From the IMG/VR virus record IMGVR_UViG_2737471824_000004, positions 1-30,523 of that record: a stretch of 30,523 nt of DNA, one strand, 5' to 3'. Positions 1 to 6,568 of this stretch are shown here, in pieces. A model generated the notes under the pieces. It searched no databases. It saw only the letters and a program-made list of their open reading frames with translations, and was not told the origin of the DNA. Numbering within the stretch: position 1 is the first letter of the stretch; every line of letters starts with the position of its first letter. Both the position numbers and the translations under genes were made by a program. This stretch comes from a virus (Duplodnaviria; Heunggongvirae; Uroviricota; Caudoviricetes).

Positions 1-1857
1 ACCGTTCACCTTAATTGAGTGATCTGCCGTCTCGCCAGTTTTATTATCGCTGGCGTGATGCTGATTGCCGCCAGGGTTCTCCTTGTGTGGATGTTCAGCG
101 CCTTCCATTTCCTCCGGATCATTTTCCTGAACTTCAACCTGATTCTCTTCATCGAATGTTTCCTGGTATGTTGCGTCGCCCATCACCGCGCCACAATCAG
201 GGCAGTTGCCGCCACCGCTCTGACCGCAGGCGGTGCAGACTTTTTCCGGTTCCTGTTGCGCTACTGGTTCGGATTGTTTCGTTTCTGGCTCGTTTTGTAA
301 CGCATTTGGGCTGTTTTGTTCCGCTTTTTGGTCGTTCCGTTCCGATTCATGCTGGTTCTGGTTCACAGAATCGCGAGTCTGGATCCCCTTGACCCATTTC
401 GGATCATTAGGGTCGCTAATCCCCTCAACAAATTCACCACGCGATACAGCAAGTAACTTATCGGCGTCAGGCTGGCTGATATTGGCTGCCTGCATAATTT
501 TGTTTACTTCGTCAGCGGTGACTTTTACTTGGTTAGCGGAACTCACCTGCGACTGAGCATCCAGCGACTGCGCGTTCTGGCCATGTTCAGTTGTATCCGG
601 TTCCATTGTTTCAGTTGTTGCCTGTTCACCTGCCATTGCGTCAGATGGTTGTGGTTTTTCTTCTTCTGTTTCACGCTCAGTAACCACCTCGCGGTTAATT
701 TCTTCCAGGATATCTTTTTCCGGCGTATGCCGGGCAGCTGTGAGAGTTTCCTTGCTGGGGTTCTCGTGATCAGTTTCCGTCAAATAGGCGTTGATATACC
801 CCTGAAGGCGTCCCGGGTAGTGATAAAATTCAGGGTGTGCGCTTCGGATAAGTGCAAAAATAGCGGCGCGGGAATAGTCCAGAATACCCGGGGTTGCACG
901 AAGTGCTGCGGACCATTCTTTGAACGGACTTTCTTTGTTCAGGACTACTTCTTTTGCGCGACGATAAACGCTGCCCGGAATTTCATAAATATTAAAATCC
1001 ATCGGAAGTGTGGCTGCTGCAATCTCCACATCCAGTGTGTCGAGGGTGTGTACTAAATTCGGATTGCGATCGGTTTTGTTCCCACCGCCAGCATTAGCAC
1101 CGGAAGCCGTGCGGGTGATGCGTGAAACACGATTTCCTTTCATCCACTCTTTTGTCAGCAGGCCGCGATCGGTGTAGTCAGCGTCCAGGTATGCTTCGAA
1201 AAAAGCAGTCATTAATCCCAGACTGGAATTAACGGGATTAGGGAAAACTTTGTCAGTGTCGCGAACCAGTTTGTGGAGGTCGCGAAGTTCCAGTGGGTCG
1301 AGCAGGCTGGTTTTGTGCGAAATAGCCAGGGCAGTAACTGCCGGTAGCTCTTCAGCCCGAGCGATATGTAATGCCTGAAGTTCATCTCTTGAAACGTGTG
1401 TTACTGGTTTTTCGCTGCCGTGTTGAGCAAGCCAACGGATAGCCACCTCCTGACCGGAAACTGGCAGGAGCATGCTCTCCTCAATCTCCGTCATGTCTTC
1501 GCCGTTAACATTGGTATTTTCGGTGCTGGCTGGTTTGTTCTGCACAGAGGGAGATGGCGCGGTGAATACCATTGTGATGCCATCTTCACCGCCTTTTTCA
1601 TAGCGGTTACAGAATTCGGTATCAAACACGCCTTCTGGTGGAAGGTCATTCACAACAGGCAAATGGACGCGAACAGGTTTTTTAAAGTCCTCTTCGTCGT
1701 AACCAGCATCATCCATTGCGACATTACCGCGGGAAACTGCAACAGATAATTTTTTTGCTGTAGTCCAGTAAAAACCGCCTTTAATACCGAGACGTTTTCT
1801 GACTTTGTCATTTTTGGCTTCGTAATGGAGTGCAATGTCTTGTTTGTCAGTGCTCAT
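1..1857 (-). CDS. recE: RecE-like exodeoxyribonuclease VIII, N-terminal/central part (619 codons in window; gene continues past the left edge)
   Basis: Hand translation of the minus strand from ATG at 1857 (MSTDKQDIALHYEAKNDKV...) to position 1 has no stop. RBS GAGGT about 8 nt upstream. Recalled similarity to Rac RecE (FPVVNDLPPEG, NTNVNGEDMTEIEE, WLAQHGSEKPVTHVSRD). Absent from the ORF track only because it is open at the window edge. Confidence 0.7.
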   Translation of the reverse strand, partial: MSTDKQDIALHYEAKNDKVRKRLGIKGGFYWTTAKKLSVAVSRGNVAMDDAGYDEEDFKKPVRVHLPVVNDLPPEGVFDTEFCNRYEKGGEDGITMVFTAPSPSVQNKPASTENTNVNGEDMTEIEESMLLPVSGQEVAIRWLAQHGSEKPVTHVSRDELQALHIARAEELPAVTALAISHKTSLLDPLELRDLHKLVRDTDKVFPNPVNSSLGLMTAFFEAYLDADYTDRGLLTKEWMKGNRVSRITRTASGANAGGGNKTDRNPNLVHTLDTLDVEIAAATLPMDFNIYEIPGSVYRRAKEVVLNKESPFKEWSAALRATPGILDYSRAAIFALIRSAHPEFYHYPGRLQGYINAYLTETDHENPSKETLTAARHTPEKDILEEINREVVTERETEEEKPQPSDAMAGEQATTETMEPDTTEHGQNAQSLDAQSQVSSANQVKVTADEVNKIMQAANISQPDADKLLAVSRGEFVEGISDPNDPKWVKGIQTRDSVNQNQHESERNDQKAEQNSPNALQNEPETKQSEPVAQQEPEKVCTACGQSGGGNCPDCGAVMGDATYQETFDEENQVEVQENDPEEMEGAEHPHKENPGGNQHHASDNKTGETADHSIKVNG

Positions 1858-1986
1858 TGTTTTTAACCTCAACTAAGATTAAAATTCCTCCGGAATGATG
1901 AATAAATGTCCCAGGTTCATCATTCTGGCCTGCACTGAGTGCAGGCCTTTTTACCATTCAGATTTCATCTTTTAGTTCTGTCCCAA

Positions 1987-2232
1987 TCAGTGAGGCCAGA
2001 TACATGTCTTTTTTTCTGCAGGCAGATTCTTAATGATATGCACCAGACACATTTTTTTAACACCATCGTTAAGTGTTTTAACATTTCCTGAGAAACCGTA
2101 GATATCAACCACAGTGAATGGGGTTTCTTTATTTTCTGTCTTAATTACGTAGCCAATACGCTTTTCTTCAAGATTAACCTCGTGAACAATATTATCAGCA
2201 GTAACAGTAGTGACTTCATAACTGGTAATCAT
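1987..2232 (-). CDS. hypothetical small early protein (81 aa)
   Basis: ORF-track frame 1987..2280 trimmed to ATG at 2232, which has an AGGAG RBS 8 nt upstream; same strand as neighbouring early-left genes. Confidence 0.5.
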   Translation of the reverse strand: MITSYEVTTVTADNIVHEVNLEEKRIGYVIKTENKETPFTVVDIYGFSGNVKTLNDGVKKMCLVHIIKNLPAEKKTCIWPH

Positions 2233-2316
2233 ATTTTTCTCCTTAATTAAGGTTGAGTGAATCCCTGCCATTGCTGGCATATAAGAATGAAACCGTACAT
2301 TTGTGACGTAGCTGCT

Positions 2317-2508
2317 TTAAATACTTGTCGTGACTTCTTTATTATCCTGACGAATAACTTTATCAACCTGATAACAGTTACCTGGAATTTTCTGTTCTTC
2401 TGCAGCAGCCATGCATTCTTTCATGGAGTTGTATATTCCTGCAACTATATCAACCGGTTCACCGGAAACAAGAAAAACAGTCATAACAAGCGCGAATACT
2501 GTATTCAT
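2317..2508 (-). CDS. hypothetical small protein with N-terminal hydrophobic segment (63 aa; sits where YdfD lies in Qin)
   Basis: ORF-track ORF; start ATG shares one base with the upstream gene stop (TGATG); N-terminus VFALVMTVFLV is hydrophobic. Confidence 0.5.
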   Translation of the reverse strand: MNTVFALVMTVFLVSGEPVDIVAGIYNSMKECMAAAEEQKIPGNCYQVDKVIRQDNKEVTTSI

Positions 2509-2693
2509 CAGTGTCTCCAGAAAATACCAAGTCTGAGAAGAGCCATTCTGGAAAGTATGGAATTATCATTGAGAAAATAAGGCTCATATTTCCTCATATT
2601 AATGGCATCTTCAGTAAACTCACGGTTACTGATTTGAACACCAATTTCAAAACAACCTTCAGATGTATTGATGTTTGGTAATAACGTTTCCAT
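2508..2693 (-). CDS. dicB: DicB-like cell-division inhibitor (61 aa)
   Basis: METLLPNINTSEGCFEIGVQISNREFTEDAIN closely resembles my recollection of the E. coli DicB N-terminus (MKTLLPNVNTSEGCFEIGV...); C-terminus diverged. True start is ATG at 2693 with RBS GAGGAAACGATA; the track M at 2711 is TTG. Confidence 0.6.
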   Translation of the reverse strand: METLLPNINTSEGCFEIGVQISNREFTEDAINMRKYEPYFLNDNSILSRMALLRLGIFWRH

Positions 2694-2707
2694 TATCGTT
2701 TCCTCGA

Positions 2708-3262
2708 TCAATGGATATTAAGTAACTGCTCCACGGTCATATTTTTAATTACGTCCCTGTTCACAAGCGTCCATCCCTGTTTCTCCAGATAAAAGCGGAA
2801 GGTTTCCAGGGTACAGACTATTGCTCCATCAGGAACGGTTTCAGTGAATTTGATGTTGCCGTGTTCGTCGAAGTGAACAACCAGAGTACGGCCATCGCCA
2901 GGAATCATCTTGTCAGCGGACGGGGTGTTATTCTGGCGCAGCTCTGCCTCCATGCGGTCAAACTCGGCAATGTAGGCTTCTTTGAACGCGGCGGCTTTTT
3001 TGCCGGTGAACCCCATCACCAAAAAAACGAAGCCGTTTTTGGTGATCTGGTACATTGGGAGCTTGCGTCCTGTTGAGTCGGTGTATTCGCTCGACACAAA
3101 ATTGTGCTCAGTGAATTTTGCTGAACAGTCCAGATTGCGAATTTTATCCAACACTCGTTCGTGGCGTTTACCAAAGAACTCGGCGATCGCAACAGACGTA
3201 GTGACAGCGCGACCATTTTCGATGGTTACATCAGGGTGATAAATGGTAGGGGTAGTAGCCAT
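2708..3262 (-). CDS. Rha-family phage regulatory/antirepressor protein with C-terminal domain shared with the ORF6N protein at 17746..18309
   Basis: Rha motif (VAIAEFFGKRHERVLDKIRNL...YQITKNGFVFLVMGFTGKKAAAFKEAYIAEF). Start chosen at ATG 3262 with GGAGG RBS 8 nt upstream; the in-frame upstream extension to 3670 crosses a terminator and a leader whose paralogue is non-coding. Confidence 0.7.
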   Translation of the reverse strand: MATTPTIYHPDVTIENGRAVTTSVAIAEFFGKRHERVLDKIRNLDCSAKFTEHNFVSSEYTDSTGRKLPMYQITKNGFVFLVMGFTGKKAAAFKEAYIAEFDRMEAELRQNNTPSADKMIPGDGRTLVVHFDEHGNIKFTETVPDGAIVCTLETFRFYLEKQGWTLVNRDVIKNMTVEQLLNIH

Positions 3263-3428
3263 GATGGCAGCCTCCGCGATGAATTTAATTAACTCACCAC
3301 CAGAGGTGCTAATCTCATGGGTGGTGAGACGCACAGGGTTAGCACTACCGGTCATCACGGAACCCGGCCAGCCTTGCGGCTGCCCTGCACGCCTCACCAT
3401 AATGCGAATGTGGCTGTGCTTAACGCAT

Positions 3429-3451
3429 AAAAAAACCGCCTGAGCGCGGTT
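3429..3451 (-). terminator. intrinsic terminator in the Rha leader (stem AACCGC/GCGGTT plus U7 on the minus strand)
   Basis: Hairpin at 3434..3451 followed on the minus strand by a 7-T run (plus-strand A-run 3429..3435). Confidence 0.5.
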
Positions 3452-3511
3452 ATGCGCCGTGATTGACTTCGGGGTGCTAATCCCGGCACCCGTTTTATGA
3501 GGTGCAGGTGA

Positions 3512-3540
3512 ACTATAATTCCACCCGTACTGGTTTTCAA
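3512..3540 (-). promoter_or_regulatory. sigma70-like promoter of the Rha cassette (-35 TTGAAA, 17-nt spacer, -10 TATAGT on the minus strand)
   Basis: Minus-strand hexamers at 3535..3540 and 3512..3517; homologous in position and sequence to the promoter at 17469..17497. Confidence 0.4.
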
Positions 3541-3739
3541 TAGCTACATTCAACATTTTCTCTTGCCTTTCATCACCGAAGTGAACTTTATTGATGCGGT
3601 GCCTGGTGCCTCCAGGTGACGTTAACCAGTTAACAATTAACGCCGGATACAGAGAATCCACCCATAACACTGTTTTTAGTTTTAACTGTTCCGCGTGCGC
3701 TTAGCCGCATTCACCGCATCACAAAATTCACTTTAAAAA

Positions 3740-3792
3740 GGGCGGCAGAGCAGTCACGGAGTAAAACTGATACCGCCAAACGTCACCAGAAA
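3740..3792 (-). ncRNA. dicF: DicF small RNA (53 nt), followed by a T-run at 3735..3739
   Basis: Minus strand reads TTTCTGGTGACGTTTGGCGGTATCAGTTTTACTCCGTGACTGCTCTGCCGCCC then TTTTT, matching my recollection of the 53-nt E. coli DicF including its GGCGG/CCGCC terminator stem. Confidence 0.8.
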
Positions 3793-4127
3793 ATTGATAA
3801 CAGAGGGCGTTGCAGCGGGGTTGTCACTTAAGCGTATGGTCAACCTGACAACCCGGTGTCCTCAACGGGGGAAGGAATAACCCCGCCATACTTACCGCCG
3901 CGCCATTTCGCGGATTGCCACAACCGGAAGCGCACGGTCGACGAAAATTTAACGACAGGCTATCTATGAACCAGCTACCTCGCCGTGCGCTTTCGCGTTA
4001 TGGTCTGACTTTTCAGGGAAATATCCTTTCAGTAAACTGTCAGTGCCGGATGCTCACCCGTGTCCGGCGCACGTACTCCACCTCACCCGTGGAGAACTCC
4101 TTAATCACCAACCCTCAGGAGGGTGAA

Positions 4128-4418
4128 ATGTCGACTGAAAATGATGAAATCATTAACTCCCTGATACGCCAAATTAATAATTTTGATAAAGCATTGCAGC
4201 ATGCTGCGGCGCGTAGTGATATAACTCTTTTAGCAATTTCATTTCTTGCATCTGTTATGGATAAAAATGAAGTCGTACGACAGAGTCTTGTTGATTATAT
4301 CGACTCGCTTCAACCCGGCACTTTCAATCATGAGAGCTTCAATCATGAGAGCTTCAATCATGAGAAAGAGCATGTTAAGTCTGTAATTAATTCTCTTATT
4401 TTGAATCAAAAGAATTAA
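4128..4418 (+). CDS. hypothetical protein (96 aa) with tandem SFNHE repeats; low-GC insert
   Basis: ATG 4128 with strong RBS AGGAGGG 5 nt upstream; low-GC coding sequence; opposite strand to the surrounding leftward operon; 3' end overlaps the convergent gene 4396..4716. Confidence 0.5.
   Translation: MSTENDEIINSLIRQINNFDKALQHAAARSDITLLAISFLASVMDKNEVVRQSLVDYIDSLQPGTFNHESFNHESFNHEKEHVKSVINSLILNQKN
4322..4366 (+). repeat. 15-bp tandem repeat (TTCAATCATGAGAGC x about 3) encoding SFNHE-SFNHE-SFNHE
   Basis: Direct reading of 4321..4370. Confidence 0.8.
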
Positions 4419-4716
4419 TGCTTTTTGTTGCAAAGTAATTTTCAAGGGGCTCTATTCGAATCCCTTTCTTTTTCATTAACAAGCCAAACCCCTTATCAAT
4501 GATGTCCATTAGATCCAGGAAGTATTTTTCATGTAAATCCTGGTTATCAGAGAGCTGCTTCTCTTCGTACAGACCGATAAAGGCACGACGCACGTTACCG
4601 GATATAGTATCGATGGTTTCTTTTTCTACGGTACTCAGGTCAAGAGTCGCCAGTTGGGAACGAACTATATTCGCTGCCATTTCCTGGAATTGCATTGGTA
4701 AATCTTTAAATTCCAT
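4396..4716 (-). CDS. hypothetical protein (106 aa); low-GC insert, convergent with 4128..4418
   Basis: ORF-track ORF; ATG 4716 with GAGG RBS; no family recognised. Confidence 0.55.
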   Translation of the reverse strand: MEFKDLPMQFQEMAANIVRSQLATLDLSTVEKETIDTISGNVRRAFIGLYEEKQLSDNQDLHEKYFLDLMDIIDKGFGLLMKKKGIRIEPLENYFATKSINSFDSK

Positions 4717-4738
4717 TATTAGCCTCGTTGGTTAGCTA

Positions 4739-4957
4739 TTAACGCGGGTATGTAATCATTCTGGCAATGCTTAATGCCGCTGCTTTTTCCAGCCTGGTGA
4801 TATCCTGCTCCAGAGCGGACAGATTTTCAGCCTGCTTAACCCTGGCTTCATTAGCCCATTTCAGATCCTGCGCTGCATTAATTTTCTGGCGCATCCACTC
4901 ATAAAGTTCATCATCGGTATAGTCTGGCGCGATGATGACGGGTTCTCGTTTCTGCAT
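4739..4957 (-). CDS. YdfC-like small protein (72 aa)
   Basis: ORF-track ORF with GAGGA RBS; size and position match YdfC of the Qin dicB operon as I recall it. Confidence 0.5.
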   Translation of the reverse strand: MQKREPVIIAPDYTDDELYEWMRQKINAAQDLKWANEARVKQAENLSALEQDITRLEKAAALSIARMITYPR

Positions 4958-4986
4958 ACTGATTCCTCGCGGTGCTGCTTCGCTTA

Positions 4987-5115
4987 TCAGCCGTTAGATT
5001 TTGCCGAGCTGGAAAGCGCCTGTTTAAACTCACTGAAGCTGAGAGCTTCTTCGCCTTCGGCAAGGCCTTCGAAGTATTCTTCGTAAGCCTTTTCCATGAT
5101 TGTGTCGAAATCCAT
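4987..5115 (-). CDS. YdfB/YdaG-like small protein (42 aa)
   Basis: Hand translation MDFDTIMEKAYEEYFEGLAEGEEALSFSEFKQALSSSAKSNG; RBS AGGTGAG; start 1 nt after the upstream stop; below the ORF-track length cutoff. Confidence 0.5.
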   Translation of the reverse strand: MDFDTIMEKAYEEYFEGLAEGEEALSFSEFKQALSSSAKSNG

Positions 5116-5116
5116 A

Positions 5117-5272
5117 TCACTCACCTGAGTTTCTTTCCAGCCAGCGACGGGCACCATTTTCGGTTTTAAACGTTTTGCTTTTGGTATACGTCATCGCGGT
5201 GAATGTGCCGTCCTGGTTGGGAAACACGCCGTACACCAGAGATTCGTTGTTGCCAAGATCGATAGTATCCAT
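5117..5272 (-). CDS. YdfA/YdaF-like small protein (51 aa)
   Basis: In-frame ATG at 5272 with GAGGT RBS (MDTIDLGNNESLVYGVFPNQDG...); first gene of the leftward early operon. Confidence 0.55.
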   Translation of the reverse strand: MDTIDLGNNESLVYGVFPNQDGTFTAMTYTKSKTFKTENGARRWLERNSGE

Positions 5273-5457
5273 GTTGACCTCATTTCCCCTTAACGCCGGG
5301 GTAGCGGAACAAGAACCTGCTGCATAGTTATTAAAGTTGAACCCTGCCGTCATGTTCTTACGCCTCGGGCTGGCTACTTAACCCCTGACCACTGCCTGGT
5401 AACTCGAAGTATTGCCCTGCGTTCTGTGGGGCGGGGTGGGGTGGTGAAATAAGGATG

Positions 5458-5494
5458 CACTTTTAAAGTTATTATGTCAACACTTATAAAGTTA
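5458..5494. promoter_or_regulatory. left operator-like region: two copies of a 14-bp motif (CACTTTTAAAGTTA 5458..5471, CACTTATAAAGTTA 5481..5494) flanking a minus-strand TTGACA
   Basis: Same motif in opposite orientation in the cI/cro intergenic region (TAACTTTTAAAGTG 6522..6535); a -35-like TTGACA (minus, 5475..5480) lies between the copies. Confidence 0.4.
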
Positions 5495-5507
5495 GTTTGT
5501 GTGCAAC

Positions 5508-5531
5508 AAAAACCGCCTCGAGATGAGACGG
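5508..5531 (-). terminator. intrinsic terminator after the repressor-TA operon (imperfect stem CCGTCTC/GAGGCGG plus T5 on minus strand)
   Basis: Plus-strand hairpin 5513..5531 preceded by an A-run 5508..5512. Confidence 0.45.
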
Positions 5532-5544
5532 CCCTGTGAAAGGG

Positions 5545-5832
5545 TTAGTTCTGCTTAGGGAATTGGCGTCTGGCGTGTACTACACTCACGATCTCAATGC
5601 TTAAAGTGGCTACACGGTAAAGAATTATATAGTTAGGGTGAGCTACAATCTCACGCAAGCCAGGTACTCTGTCGCTTGGTGGGTATAAATACGGGTGTTC
5701 GGATAACGGCAGCACACACCCCCTTAATCGCTGCCATAAGCGTTCTGCCGCATCTATGTCGAAACGAGCAATATAACTAGTTATATCATCCAGGTCGGTA
5801 TCTGCGCTTTCAAGCCATAACACGGGTAACAT
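5545..5832 (-). CDS. type II toxin, ParE/RelE superfamily (95 aa)
   Basis: C-terminal signature ...REIVAHPNYIILYRV...VVHARR typical of ParE/RelE toxins; start ATG 3 nt after the upstream antitoxin stop with RBS ACGGAG inside that gene. Confidence 0.7.
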   Translation of the reverse strand: MLPVLWLESADTDLDDITSYIARFDIDAAERLWQRLRGCVLPLSEHPYLYPPSDRVPGLREIVAHPNYIILYRVATLSIEIVSVVHARRQFPKQN

Positions 5833-5835
5833 TTA

Positions 5836-6024
5836 CTACTTACTCCGTTCCTTGCGCATTTTAGCAAAGCGTTCTGCCATTCTGCGCTCAACCTCGTCAT
5901 GGGGAATTGCTGGGCGCGGATTTGCAAGGCTCGCTGCTACTTTCGCACGCAGCCATTCGTTGTAACTGTTTTCTTGTTCAATGGTTTCGAACTCAGAAAC
6001 CATTGGTGAAAGGGCCGTATTCAT
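5836..6024 (-). CDS. type II antitoxin (ParD/StbD-like, 62 aa) paired with the toxin at 5545..5832
   Basis: ATG 6024 with RBS CGGAGG 6 nt upstream; the longer track frame from 6087 would overlap the repressor gene; small acidic protein directly upstream of a ParE-like toxin. Confidence 0.6.
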   Translation of the reverse strand: MNTALSPMVSEFETIEQENSYNEWLRAKVAASLANPRPAIPHDEVERRMAERFAKMRKERSK

Positions 6025-6053
6025 GGCACACCTCCGTCTGTGTATGGTGGTCA

Positions 6054-6461
6054 TTATGCTCGATGCCCTTTCCGGGCAGCGAGCCATCTTTCAATTGTGC
6101 GCTCCATTAACTCTTTTTTGTCTTTCATCTCCTGAAGCATTTGTCCCTGTTCTTCCTCTGGGAATGCTCCAAATGTCTGAAGTAGCTCTCTTTGCTTCGG
6201 ACCTATTTTCATTGTGTCAGGTACCACAATCTGTTCGTCCTCACTTGGTGGCAACATAAACCAATATGGAGGGAATCCTGTTACTTCAGAAAGTTTATCA
6301 AGATTAGCCATTGATGGGCTTGTGATGCCATGAACCCACTTTTGGACCGATTGTTGGGCAACACCTATTCTGCGGGCTAGTTCTGCTTGCTTAAGCCCTG
6401 TTTTTTCCAGCACCAGTTTTATCCGGTACGTGGTTATTTCAAGAGTGGTCATTCGCTTCAT
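6054..6461 (-). CDS. prophage repressor, DicA/RacR-like (135 aa, N-terminal XRE HTH, no S24 peptidase domain)
   Basis: HTH motif LKQAELARRIGVAQQSVQKW; size and C-terminal pattern resemble DicA as recalled; divergent from the Cro-like gene; leaderless start at the predicted pRM. Confidence 0.75.
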   Translation of the reverse strand: MKRMTTLEITTYRIKLVLEKTGLKQAELARRIGVAQQSVQKWVHGITSPSMANLDKLSEVTGFPPYWFMLPPSEDEQIVVPDTMKIGPKQRELLQTFGAFPEEEQGQMLQEMKDKKELMERTIERWLAARKGHRA

Positions 6462-6568
6462 GCATTCATTTTACACAAAAAAAGTGTAGCTAGCATAATC
6501 AGCTTGAAAGTGTTGATAATGTAACTTTTAAAGTGTATAAGTGATGTCGATTGATTGGAGTTAACGAT
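6462..6568. promoter_or_regulatory. divergent immunity promoter/operator region (pR-like rightward, pRM-like leftward)
   Basis: Rightward TTGATA (6513..6518), 17-nt spacer, TATAAG (6536..6541); leftward -10 TAAAAT (minus, 6468..6473) placing the start at the ATG 6461; three AAAGTGT copies at 6481, 6507, 6530 (spacing 26 and 23 bp); palindrome TACAC-A7-GTGTA at 6472..6488. Confidence 0.55.

Noticed and set aside
15-1056. Plus-strand ORFs in the track (15..392, 19..300, 233..556, 529..1056)
   Set aside because: They lie antisense to the uninterrupted RecE-like frame, which I translated by hand without stops; they have no RBS and are low-complexity in composition.
2708-3670. Long 320-aa version of the Rha ORF from the track
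   Set aside because: The N-terminal extension crosses an intrinsic terminator and a leader whose paralogue upstream of 17746 has an in-frame stop; the ATG at 3262 has a strong GGAGG RBS.
3915-4127. Upstream extension of the 96-aa plus-strand gene (track start 3915, or ATG 3966)
   Set aside because: 3915 is a TTG and 3966 has no good RBS; the extension overlaps DicF-proximal sequence. The ATG at 4128 has a near-consensus RBS. An N-terminally longer protein cannot be fully excluded.
5836-6087. 83-aa version of the antitoxin ORF
   Set aside because: It would overlap the repressor 3' end by 33 nt; the internal ATG at 6024 has a proper RBS and gives a typical antitoxin size.
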